DNA from: a virus | DNA: 41,839 bases | Virus record (IMG/VR): IMGVR_UViG_3300044994_000073 | Strand: one strand, 5' to 3' | Shown here: piece by piece, positions 1-8,019 of the stretch | Position numbering within the stretch: the stretch's first letter is position 1 | Layout: every line of letters begins with the position of its first letter | Notes under the pieces: model-generated | The model's database searches: none | The model's input: the letters and a program-made list of their open reading frames with translations, nothing else | Told to the model about the DNA's origin: nothing | Position numbers and translations under genes: made by a program

Positions 1-127
1 TGCTGGCTAGCTGGATGCTGGCTAGCTGGATGCTGGCTAGCTGGATGCTGGCTAGCTGGATGCTGGCTAGCTGGATGCTGGCTAGCTGGATGCTGGCTAG
101 CTGGATGCTGGCTAGCTGGATGCTGGC
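1..127. repeat. Left terminal tandem array: 8 full copies plus 7 nt of the 15-bp unit TGCTGGCTAGCTGGA
   Basis: Read directly. nt 1-127 are identical to nt 41712-41838. The unit contains the GCTAGC palindrome and two GCTGG pentamers. Confidence 0.97.
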
Positions 128-140
128 GTCTCACAGGGCG

Positions 141-151
141 AAAAAAAAAAA
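141..151. repeat. A11 homopolymer directly inside the left array
   Basis: Read directly (gggcg-aaaaaaaaaaa-ggttgg). Confidence 0.95.
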
Positions 152-153
152 GG

Positions 154-498
154 TTGGCGGTAAAACAGTTTTCTGCAAAACTGGAAACCGTGGGCCTAGA
201 AAAACAAACTGACGCCCAAGCAGAGGAGCGCAGCCGCCTTGTAAGCTTGGGCAAAGAGATCGCCGAACGAATTGGCTGCAACCCCGGCACGGTCTCTGAA
301 GATCGTCTGGTTAACCTAGCCCGGGCTTATGAGCTGCGGGCGGACAATTCCACGCTTAGGAAGATATTCCGGGCGCATAGGGTGTCTCGAAGAGAGGAAT
401 ACGAGCTTCCTAGGGAGGGGGTTTTCTGGAACGCGGAGCGCATCCGCGTAGGCACTGAAATCTGGACAATCGCGGACAGGAAGTGGGGTAGTCCTTAA
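154..498 (+). CDS. Hypothetical protein (114 aa as tracked). Start uncertain: TTG at 154, no internal ATG, no convincing SD.
   Basis: Long ORF in the co-directional gene block. The same frame stays open upstream through the whole 15-bp array. No recognisable motif. Confidence 0.4.
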   Translation: MAVKQFSAKLETVGLEKQTDAQAEERSRLVSLGKEIAERIGCNPGTVSEDRLVNLARAYELRADNSTLRKIFRAHRVSRREEYELPREGVFWNAERIRVGTEIWTIADRKWGSP

Positions 499-537
499 CA
501 GGCGTATGGTCTAAGAAAATCTGCGCTGGTCCCGCCC

Positions 538-702
538 ATGAAAACAGATGAAATAGTCTTGGAAGTTAAGCTGCCCGTTCGTTTGCCGGAACTCGCAGCC
601 ATCGTGCGCGCCCTCGAACAAACCCACGGCAAGCATGTGCTTTCGATGCGACAGGTCGGAGAAGTGTTGCAAATCTACAAGCCGCCGAAGGTGTCCGACT
701 GA
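538..702 (+). CDS. Small hypothetical protein, 54 aa (MKTDEIVLEVKLPVRLPELAAIVRALEQ...)
   Basis: ATG-initiated ORF found by hand translation. It is below the ORF-track cutoff and fills the gap between flanking plus-strand genes. Confidence 0.35.
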   Translation: MKTDEIVLEVKLPVRLPELAAIVRALEQTHGKHVLSMRQVGEVLQIYKPPKVSD

Positions 703-736
703 TTGCCGGGTGCAGCTCCGGCTAATTGCCGGGTGC
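702..736. repeat. Two exact copies of ATTGCCGGGTGC (702-713, 725-736), 23-bp period, just upstream of the resolvase gene
   Basis: Read directly. Confidence 0.9.
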
Positions 737-761
737 CTTGCAGTTCCGTGCCGGGGCCGGT

Positions 762-1283
762 ATGCTGCTCTCGATGTTCACGCTATCGATTGACCTTGGC
801 ACGAAGACGGGGCTGGCCTATTGGCAAGCCGGGCAGCTGAAGCACCTCACCAGTGTGGAATTGGCTCCACGAAAAGAGTTAGACAAAATCAAAAACATCA
901 GAGGCTACGATCCGCGGCCAGCCAGATTGATTGACGCCATCGAGGCCGGTGCCGCGGCGGCTGGCTTGGAGGGCGCGCCTGACGCTGTGGCGTTTGAGGA
1001 TGTTTTGTTTGTCCGATCGCGGGCCCAAGCGCAACTGTGGGGCTCTTTCCGGGGCGCGCTGTGGCTGTGGGGCCATCGTGCGGGCGTCAAGCAGTGGGTC
1101 GCGGTATCAGTGCAGCAGGTCAAAAGACAAGCTACCGGTTGCGGGCTGGCTGATAAGCTGGCTATGGCTGAAGCGTTCCACCGTCTGCAGAAGTGTGCAG
1201 TGATGGCAGCAGCGAAACCGGATGACAATGCGGTGGATGCCTATTGGCTAGGCATCGCAGCGGGCTTTGGTGTCTTAACATGA
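762..1283 (+). CDS. RuvC-like Holliday-junction resolvase (crossover junction endodeoxyribonuclease)
   Basis: Motifs LSIDLGTKTGLAYW, AVAFEDVLF and KPDDNAVDAYWLG match the RuvC acidic catalytic tetrad layout. First ATG is at 762; the track start 726 is TTG. The stop overlaps the next ATG (ATGA). Confidence 0.8.
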   Translation: MLLSMFTLSIDLGTKTGLAYWQAGQLKHLTSVELAPRKELDKIKNIRGYDPRPARLIDAIEAGAAAAGLEGAPDAVAFEDVLFVRSRAQAQLWGSFRGALWLWGHRAGVKQWVAVSVQQVKRQATGCGLADKLAMAEAFHRLQKCAVMAAAKPDDNAVDAYWLGIAAGFGVLT

Positions 1284-2098
1284 AATTGGCGACAACAGCA
1301 GAGCTGGAGAAAAAGCGAGCCTTTGTGCAGTTATTCGATGGCACGATTGCAGGCACTACGGAGCGAATGCGTAAGGCAGGCTTCCCCGTGACGCCACGAA
1401 AAGCGAAGCAGTATTACAATGACCCGGCGGTAAGGCTCGCAATCCGGCACCGGGCAGACCGATTAGGTGCGATAGCGACGAAAGAAGAGTTGCAGAAGTT
1501 CTGGACAAGGGTTGTGGACGGGGTCGAATCAGAGCCGCAGTTGATCGATGTCATCGACACCGTGCAGGAGATTGACCCTGACACTGGCCAGACGGTGGAA
1601 AGACGCGCCAAAGCGCAAAAGGTGGTGCATGTTCCGGTTGGCATTCAAGCACGGCTTAAAGCTTCAGAGCTGCTGGGCAAGTCACTGATGGCGTTTGTCG
1701 AGCGTGTCGAAGTCTCTGCGGATTTGTCGCTGGCTGCGTTGGTTGGCGGTCAAGTCGAGAAGCAGGCCCAAACCGTGGAACAGCATCAGGCCGAAGCCCA
1801 TCAGTTGGCCAGTGATGACGATGCCGATCTGCTAGATTCCGAAGAAGTCCAATGCAGTGCCAAGCTTCTTCTGGAAAACGCGGGCGAGCTTTTCGCTGAA
1901 GAAGGGGCGGGGGTCATCCACCGTTCTGACGACGACGCCGGGGGGAGCAAAAAATCGGAGGGGCCTCAACCGCCGCCGGAAAATTTTTCGGAAAAGCTAA
2001 ATGAGAAGAATGAGAAGAATGCACCACTGCCCAAGGTCCACACTGAAACGAAAGAATCGGAGGCCTTCGATTCCGAAACAGATGACATCTTCAAATGA
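1280..2098 (+). CDS. terS: Terminase small subunit with long acidic C-terminal tail
   Basis: Lies immediately upstream of and overlapping terL (ATGA). The N-terminal region (KKRAFVQLF...AGFP...KAKQYYNDPAVRLAI...ARLKASELLGKS) resembles Terminase_2-type small subunits. Confidence 0.7.
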   Translation: MKLATTAELEKKRAFVQLFDGTIAGTTERMRKAGFPVTPRKAKQYYNDPAVRLAIRHRADRLGAIATKEELQKFWTRVVDGVESEPQLIDVIDTVQEIDPDTGQTVERRAKAQKVVHVPVGIQARLKASELLGKSLMAFVERVEVSADLSLAALVGGQVEKQAQTVEQHQAEAHQLASDDDADLLDSEEVQCSAKLLLENAGELFAEEGAGVIHRSDDDAGGSKKSEGPQPPPENFSEKLNEKNEKNAPLPKVHTETKESEAFDSETDDIFK

Positions 2099-3555
2099 CG
2101 ACCAATCTGGAGAACATCAACAGGCTCAGGCAAAAACTGGACCAGTGGCGCACTGATCCGGTTCTTTATGCCCGGGAAGTCATCGGTGTCGAACCAGAGT
2201 CCAACCAAGCCGAAATTCTTAGGGCCTTCGCTCAGCCGGGCGCGAAAGTAACCGTTAAGGCCGGCCACGGTGTCGGAAAAACAGCGGTGGCGAGCTGGGC
2301 CGCTCTCTGGTTTGTCCCGCTATTTCCGGATTGCAAAGTCGGTGCCACAGCTCCTTCGGCCCAACAGTTGCATGACGTGCTGATGGCTGAAATCGCTAAG
2401 TGGCATGGCCGAATGAACCCGTGGTTCCGCAATCAGTTGGTCGTGACCGGTAAAAGCCTCCATGTCAAAGGAGCGGAAAAAACTCAGTTTCTGACCGCTC
2501 GCACAGCGAGGCCGGAATCACCCGATGCGCTGCAGGGCCTCCACGCTACCAATATGGCTTTCATCATCGAAGAGTCATTCGGTGTCGCAGATTCCATTTA
2601 TGAAGTCGCACGTGGCGCGCTAACAACTAAAGGGGCCCGCGCTCTGCTGATTGGGAACCCGACGGCCACGTCCGGATATGCCTACAATACGTTTCACCGC
2701 AATGCACACATGTGGCGGCGGTTCACGTTGTCGTGCACCAACTCCAAACTGGCGGACCAGAACTATGTCGAAGAGATGCGCCAAGAGTGGGGCGAAGACT
2801 CCGATGTGTATCGGGTCCGTGTGCTTGGTGAGTTCCCGCAGTCTTCGATCAATCAGTTGATACCGCGCACACTGGTTGAAACGGCGATGAACCGGAAACT
2901 GGCCCGGCATGAATACGAATTTGCTCCGGTCGTGCTTGGCGTTGATCCAGCATGGGAAGGTGACGACCGCTCAGTCGTGGTGATGCGTCAGGGCCTCGCC
3001 TCTAAGTGCCTTGGTGTGTTTGCCAAAATGGACAGCCAGACATTGGGGGATTTGGTGAATCAGTGGTGGACTCAGTATAAAGCAGCAGCGTGCTTCATCG
3101 ACATCGGATGGGGCTCCGGAGTCATCGACTATTTGCGAAGGCTCGGTCGAAATCCGATGCCGGTCAATTTCGGTGGTGCGTCCAGTAGCCCGATGTATCA
3201 CAACAAACGAACCCAAATGTGGTTCGACATGCTGCAATGGCTTGAATCTGGAGGCACCTTGTGGCCCGCCTCTCAAGGCTCCGAAACCCGCGGAGCCGAT
3301 GCGGTTGTTACCGATCTCACCGCGCCGCAGTGCTTCATTTTGCCGAACGGCAAAAAGGCCCTCGAATCGAAAAAAGACATGAAACGGAGAGGCCTTCGAT
3401 CCCCGGACATCGGTGACGCATTGGCCCTCACGTTTGCCGCGCCTGTGCATATACAACAGGACATCACCCGCAGCGGGCCCATCAAGCAACGGCCATCCAA
3501 TCGACTCGAAACCGAATACGACGTGTTTAAGGCACTTGACGGGCCCGGTATTTGA
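2095..3555 (+). CDS. terL: Terminase large subunit
   Basis: Walker A KAGHGVGKT and Walker B-like AFIIEES. C-terminal RNaseH-like nuclease acidic motifs (VLGVDPAWEGDD, IDIGWGSGV, DIGDALAL). Size 486 aa. Confidence 0.93.
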   Translation: MTTNLENINRLRQKLDQWRTDPVLYAREVIGVEPESNQAEILRAFAQPGAKVTVKAGHGVGKTAVASWAALWFVPLFPDCKVGATAPSAQQLHDVLMAEIAKWHGRMNPWFRNQLVVTGKSLHVKGAEKTQFLTARTARPESPDALQGLHATNMAFIIEESFGVADSIYEVARGALTTKGARALLIGNPTATSGYAYNTFHRNAHMWRRFTLSCTNSKLADQNYVEEMRQEWGEDSDVYRVRVLGEFPQSSINQLIPRTLVETAMNRKLARHEYEFAPVVLGVDPAWEGDDRSVVVMRQGLASKCLGVFAKMDSQTLGDLVNQWWTQYKAAACFIDIGWGSGVIDYLRRLGRNPMPVNFGGASSSPMYHNKRTQMWFDMLQWLESGGTLWPASQGSETRGADAVVTDLTAPQCFILPNGKKALESKKDMKRRGLRSPDIGDALALTFAAPVHIQQDITRSGPIKQRPSNRLETEYDVFKALDGPGI

Positions 3556-3603
3556 TGTATGCTGATGTTGGTTCATGGGTTTTGCCCTGTGTGAGTTGTG
3601 TGG

Positions 3604-3639
3604 CGGGCCGGATAGCGGTGTTGCTGTCCGGCCCGTTTT
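3604..3639 (+). terminator. Intrinsic-terminator-like hairpin after terL
   Basis: Perfect 9-bp stem CGGGCCGGA / TCCGGCCCG (3604-3612 / 3627-3635), 14-nt loop, followed by TTTT. Confidence 0.45.
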
Positions 3640-3642
3640 GCG

Positions 3643-3671
3643 TTGCGACTGAAGCGACGCGGGGCTACTAT
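3643..3671 (+). promoter_or_regulatory. Candidate sigma70-like promoter for the dNMP kinase gene
   Basis: TTGCGA (3643-3648), 17-nt spacer, TACTAT (3666-3671). The ATG at 3684 gives a very short leader. Confidence 0.3.
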
Positions 3672-3683
3672 CGAATTGTGAAC

Positions 3684-4298
3684 ATGGAAACTTTACAAGT
3701 CATCGGGCTCCACGGCTATGCTGGAGTTGGAAAAAGCACACTGGCAAAAGAACTAGAACGGTTGGGCTGGACTCGCATGTCGCTATCCACACCAATCAAA
3801 GAAATGCTCAAAGCGATAGGCCTTTCTGAAGACGATCTTGCCAACAAAAACTCGCCCCCAGCACTGGCCGCGTTTAATGGCAAAACGACTCGCTATTTAC
3901 TCCAAACGCTCGGCACTGAGTGGGGGCGCAATCTGGTTTCGCCTACAATATGGGTCGATCTTGCCGCGGAAAAAATCAAGCGGTTGCACATGGAAGGAGT
4001 CTGCAAAGTCGTCATCGATGATGTGAGGTTCCCTGAAGAAGCCGAACTGGTGAGAAGTCTTGGGGGCTCTGTGGTGCTCATTGAGCGTAGAGGCCTACGA
4101 AAAAATAGCGGTATCACAAATGAGGCCGAAAGACGGCATTCTTCAGAAAGCCGATTGAGCAGCCGGTATCTGGCATGGTCCGCCCGAATCGCGGAAGGCC
4201 ACGAGAGTGTGGCCGAAGTCGCGAGAACGCTTGATTCCATGAGCGACCAAAAAGCCAAGGGCTGCGGGGGTAGTTGCTATGGCTGGGTGGCGTGGTAA
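3684..4298 (+). CDS. Deoxynucleoside monophosphate (dNMP) kinase-like P-loop kinase
   Basis: P-loop IGLHGYAGVGKSTLA. LLQTLGTEWGRN...IWV and VVIDDVRFPEEAE match the phage dNMP-kinase pattern. The track start 3552 would read through the hairpin, so I use the ATG at 3684. Confidence 0.7.
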   Translation: METLQVIGLHGYAGVGKSTLAKELERLGWTRMSLSTPIKEMLKAIGLSEDDLANKNSPPALAAFNGKTTRYLLQTLGTEWGRNLVSPTIWVDLAAEKIKRLHMEGVCKVVIDDVRFPEEAELVRSLGGSVVLIERRGLRKNSGITNEAERRHSSESRLSSRYLAWSARIAEGHESVAEVARTLDSMSDQKAKGCGGSCYGWVAW

Positions 4299-4307
4299 TT
4301 ATTGAGC

Positions 4308-5126
4308 ATGTGCTCACCACAAAAAGACGGACCAGCATGGGCCGCGTCAACAGCGAGAGGGCTATCCGCGTCTTCGGTGCCGCCCCCGTCTGCGCCTGCA
4401 CCGTTGCAAGTCGGTAAATCGGTAGCTCCGGCTCCTGCTAGTCCACCTTCGGCTGCGCCGTTGCAAGCGAATACGCCGTCTAAATCGAATAATACGCCGT
4501 CCAATAGTGGGCGGGTAGAAAGCACCGCGGCTAGCGGTGTGAGCGCGTCTCGGGGGTTCGTCGATTATTTGTGGTCAAGGGAAGGCCGATTCGACAAAAG
4601 CGGCAACATCATGCCGTATGCGCTGCCCAGCAATGACGGCGGCGCGGTCGGATCGGACAACATCGAAGTCGCTGGCATGACGCCCCGATACAACAAGGCC
4701 GAACGTGATCAACTTCTTCAGATGATTAAGTCCGGCAAGAGCCAGCAAGAAATCAAAGCCGAATTCGCTAAGATGGTCGAAAAGAAAACGGCAGCCGCTA
4801 CAAAGTTTTCGAGCGATCCGGTCATTCAGGAAATGGCCCGTGACATCGTCTATCACCGCGGCGAAGGCGGAGCGCGAAAAATATTTGAGATCGCTTTCGG
4901 TAAAGACGGTCCAAAGGGCCTAAGCACTGAGGCCCAAATTGACAGGCTCACTGATGCCGCTCTCAAATACGAGATCGACTACGCGAATTTGAAGGGCCGT
5001 CCGAATCTGGAGAAAGGCCTTCGTAATCGATTTGAGCACAGGCGCAATTTCGCGCTTGAGCTCGCTAAAAAACAAAAACCAAAACCCGGTCAAGATGGCG
5101 GGCCCTATTACGCATCTGCGGGTTGA
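4308..5126 (+). CDS. Hypothetical protein with Pro/Ala/Ser-rich N-terminus; weak lysozyme-like C-terminal half
   Basis: Long ORF in the operon. The first 70 aa are low complexity (PPPSAPAPLQ..APAPASPPSAAP). The C-terminal part (SREGRFD...VIQEMARDIVYHRGEGGARKIF...RFEHRRNFA) loosely recalls the T4-lysozyme-fold layout. Confidence 0.6.
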   Translation: MCSPQKDGPAWAASTARGLSASSVPPPSAPAPLQVGKSVAPAPASPPSAAPLQANTPSKSNNTPSNSGRVESTAASGVSASRGFVDYLWSREGRFDKSGNIMPYALPSNDGGAVGSDNIEVAGMTPRYNKAERDQLLQMIKSGKSQQEIKAEFAKMVEKKTAAATKFSSDPVIQEMARDIVYHRGEGGARKIFEIAFGKDGPKGLSTEAQIDRLTDAALKYEIDYANLKGRPNLEKGLRNRFEHRRNFALELAKKQKPKPGQDGGPYYASAG

Positions 5127-5144
5127 CAATAAGGAGACAAACGT

Positions 5145-5345
5145 ATGTGCATGGGAGGCAAAGCCCCTAGTCCACCACCGCCGCCATCCCCGGTCGATAT
5201 GTCCGGCCCGGAAGGCGACGCTGCCGCGGAAAAGCAGCGCAAACAAGCCGCGCTTGCCGCTGGCCGGTCGTCCACTCTTTTGAGCGGACCACAGGGCGAC
5301 GCAAGTGCCGCGCCCGTCGCGAAAAAGACCCTCTTGGGTGCGTAG
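5145..5345 (+). CDS. Small Pro/Ala-rich protein (66 aa) upstream of portal
   Basis: AGGAG SD 8 nt upstream. Motif GRSSTLLSG...KKTLLGA resembles small conserved proteins next to podovirus portals. Confidence 0.6.
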   Translation: MCMGGKAPSPPPPPSPVDMSGPEGDAAAEKQRKQAALAAGRSSTLLSGPQGDASAAPVAKKTLLGA

Positions 5346-5354
5346 GTAAACACT

Positions 5355-7067
5355 ATGAAGCGGAGAGAGGAAACCAAGACCGCTCGCTATCGCAGACGGT
5401 TCAACGCTCTGAAGTCTGAGCGTTCTGCTCAAGGCTGGGACGCCCATTGGCGGGAGCTTGCCGAATACTTCTCTCCGGTTCGTGGCCGGTATCTGAAAGG
5501 TGACAGTATAACTCAGCATAACGATGGTCGAAAGAAGCACGACAAGATCATTAACGGCTCCGCTGTAGATGCGCGTCGGACTTTGGCCGGGGGTATGCAG
5601 GGTGGGCTTACGTCCCCATCGAGGCCGTGGTTTCGCCTAACAACGCACGATAAATCGCTCGCCGAGAAGGAAGGCGTCAGGGACTATCTGAGCGTTGTTC
5701 GAGATCAGATGCTCATGGTGTTCGCGCGTTCGAATTTTTACGCATCGGCGCATACCATCTACGATGAATGCGGCGTGTTCGGCACCGGCTGTATGCTGAT
5801 CGAGTCAGACGCTCGCACGGTCATTAGGTGCCGACCGTTCACCATTGGCGAGTATTGTCTGGCCCTCGATTCATCTTATCGGCCTTCCGCTCTTTACCGT
5901 CAATTCTCGATGACGGTTGAGCAGCTTGTCGGAGAGTTCGAATGGGGCAATCTCGACAAGTCGATCCAGAACGCATGGGACGCCGGTAATTACGACCACC
6001 GTTTTGAGGTCGTGCATGTCATTGAGGTCAACAACGAACGCGACGAACGCTATGCGGATTTTAGGGGCAAAGCCTACAAGTCCGCGTATTTTCTGCTGTC
6101 CGGCGACAGTGATAAATTGTTGCGCGAATCTGGCTACAACGAAATTCCATTTGTCGCGCCACGGTGGGAAGTCGTTGGCGTTGACACTTACGGTGTGAGC
6201 CCGGGCATGGCCGCATTGGGGGACGCTAAGCAGCTCCAGTTGATGGAGTTGAAAAAATTAAAAGCCCTCGATAAGCAAGTTGACCCCCCGATGGTTGCTC
6301 CTGCTGGGCTCCGCGCAGTCGGCGGGACTCTTGCCGCTGGCGGGGTTAACTATATTGACGAAACGGCGGCGAATATCGGCCTTAGACCGGCAATGGAGAA
6401 CCGGACCAACTTCGCGGACCTTCGGCTTGAAATTGACGCCGTTGAGCAGCGCATTCGCAGATTCTTCTTTAACGATTTGTTTCTATCCGTGCTCAATCAA
6501 GAAAAACGCATGACTGCTACGGAAATCGCAAAGCGGCACGAAGAAAAGTTGGTCATGCTAGGGCCAATACTTGAGCGATTAGACAGCGAGTTTCTTGATC
6601 CGGTCATTGACCGAACATTCAGCATCATGAATGATTTGGGCATTCTTCCGCCCGCGCCGCCGGAGCTCCAAGGCCAAGAACTGAAGATCGAGTATATCTC
6701 TTTACTTGCTCAGGCTCAAAAAATTGTCGGAACGTCCGCGGTCGATCAGCTTATGACATTTGTTGGCGCGGTCGCGGGCATGAAGCCGGACGTTCTGGAC
6801 AAAGTTGACTTGGACCAAGCGGTCGATGTTTACAGTGACATGTTGGGCGTGCCCCCGTCGATCGTTAACTCGGACGACAAGGTCGAAGAACTTAGGGCGT
6901 CTAGAGCTCAACAGCAGCAGCTCATGCAGATGGCGCAAATGGCGCAGCCGATTTCGCAGATTGCTCAGGCCGCGTCTAGTGCCGCTGATGCGGCTAAAAC
7001 GTCTTCTGAAACTAGTCAGCAGACTCCCGGTGGTCCGGCTCTCGCGGCGTTAATGTCAGGCGTATGA
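5355..7067 (+). CDS. Portal (head-to-tail connector) protein, T7 gp8/Head-tail_con-like
   Basis: N-terminal RYRRRFNALKSERS..WDAHWRELAEYFSPVRGRYL is typical of the podovirus connector family. 570 aa, Q-rich C-terminus, position between terminase and scaffold. Confidence 0.88.
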   Translation: MKRREETKTARYRRRFNALKSERSAQGWDAHWRELAEYFSPVRGRYLKGDSITQHNDGRKKHDKIINGSAVDARRTLAGGMQGGLTSPSRPWFRLTTHDKSLAEKEGVRDYLSVVRDQMLMVFARSNFYASAHTIYDECGVFGTGCMLIESDARTVIRCRPFTIGEYCLALDSSYRPSALYRQFSMTVEQLVGEFEWGNLDKSIQNAWDAGNYDHRFEVVHVIEVNNERDERYADFRGKAYKSAYFLLSGDSDKLLRESGYNEIPFVAPRWEVVGVDTYGVSPGMAALGDAKQLQLMELKKLKALDKQVDPPMVAPAGLRAVGGTLAAGGVNYIDETAANIGLRPAMENRTNFADLRLEIDAVEQRIRRFFFNDLFLSVLNQEKRMTATEIAKRHEEKLVMLGPILERLDSEFLDPVIDRTFSIMNDLGILPPAPPELQGQELKIEYISLLAQAQKIVGTSAVDQLMTFVGAVAGMKPDVLDKVDLDQAVDVYSDMLGVPPSIVNSDDKVEELRASRAQQQQLMQMAQMAQPISQIAQAASSAADAAKTSSETSQQTPGGPALAALMSGV

Positions 7068-7351
7068 GGCCCAACGAAGACCAGTTGAAAATCCTAGAAG
7101 AGCAACGCCGACAACTTCAGGCCGTGCTCCGGTTGCCCGAAGGCCGGATGCTTATACGCCGTCTGCTTTTTGCCGCTGGTATGTGGTCATCGACCTATTC
7201 GCCCGACCCTTACAATATGGCCTTTTTGAACGGTCGCCGCTCGGTAGGTGTCGAACTGTTTAACGAAATCGTGGCCCTTGACCCCAAAGTTGTGGGGTTC
7301 TTTGTTGAGCCGGAAACTGGCGGGACTTGCGATGATGAGCCAGAATGGTAA
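7064..7351 (+). CDS. Hypothetical protein (95 aa)
   Basis: ATGA overlap with the portal stop, in the morphogenesis block. Confidence 0.65.
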   Translation: MRPNEDQLKILEEQRRQLQAVLRLPEGRMLIRRLLFAAGMWSSTYSPDPYNMAFLNGRRSVGVELFNEIVALDPKVVGFFVEPETGGTCDDEPEW

Positions 7352-7360
7352 TGTCGCTTT

Positions 7361-7996
7361 ATGGAAGACACACTTCTTAGCCCGAACGCTCCAATAACTG
7401 GCAACTCTGAGGCCCCTACCGCAGAGCCTGAAACCAACACCCCTGAAGCCCCCGCTGCTGGTCAAAAACCGCAGCCTGAAAACTCTAACAACTCCGCTGA
7501 CAAATCGGTCGGTGCTCCGGAAAAATACGAGTTCAAGTTTCCAGACGGAATCACTCCGCATCCTGAAGCGACTCCCGAATTTGAAAAAGTTGCTAGGGAG
7601 CTGAATCTTTCTCAAGATCAAGCGCAAAAGCTGGTCGATATTGCGGCGAAGCACTTTGCTCCGGAAAAATTCGCGAAAGCCCAAGAGGCGCAGTGGAACG
7701 CGCTTCGCGAAAAGTGGACCGCAGAAGTTAAGAACGACCCCGAGTTTGGGGGCCGTAATTTCGAAGAGACTCGGCTCCGCACTCGCAACTTTATCGTCAA
7801 GTTCGCGGGCAACGATCTTCGAGAGCTTGACGCCGTTTTCGATTCCGGGTGGGGCGACAACCCCGCCTTGTTCCGTTTTCTCGCTAGGGTCGCAAAGGCT
7901 ACTGGCGAGGACAAACTCGTGGAGGGCTCCCCCTCTGCGAATGACACTCGTTCGGTGGCTGCAAAGCTCTATCCGACGATGACTCAAAATAGGTAA
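7361..7996 (+). CDS. Scaffolding protein (putative)
   Basis: Sits between portal and capsid. Acidic, Pro/Glu-rich N-terminus with a helical, charged remainder. Confidence 0.65.
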   Translation: MEDTLLSPNAPITGNSEAPTAEPETNTPEAPAAGQKPQPENSNNSADKSVGAPEKYEFKFPDGITPHPEATPEFEKVARELNLSQDQAQKLVDIAAKHFAPEKFAKAQEAQWNALREKWTAEVKNDPEFGGRNFEETRLRTRNFIVKFAGNDLRELDAVFDSGWGDNPALFRFLARVAKATGEDKLVEGSPSANDTRSVAAKLYPTMTQNR

Positions 7997-8019
7997 ACTA
8001 ACAACAAGGAGAAACAACA

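Noticed and set aside
1-127. Possible CRISPR array at the termini
   Set aside because: The 15-bp units are directly abutting with no spacers. The unit is far shorter than CRISPR repeats, and there are no cas genes.
15-212. Tracked ORF encoding (MLASW)n
   Set aside because: It is simply one open frame of the 15-bp tandem repeat, and every unit supplies an ATG. There is no SD, and it runs into an arbitrary tail. I treat it as a repeat artefact, not a gene.
3552-3683. Upstream extension of the kinase ORF (start at 3552)
   Set aside because: It would translate the terminator-like hairpin into a Cys/Val-rich peptide. The P-loop domain begins right after ATG 3684.
5123-5128. TTGACA hexamer just before the 66-aa gene
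   Set aside because: It lies inside the end of the preceding ORF, only 17 nt from the ATG, with no room for a -10 element plus a leader. It is probably coincidental.
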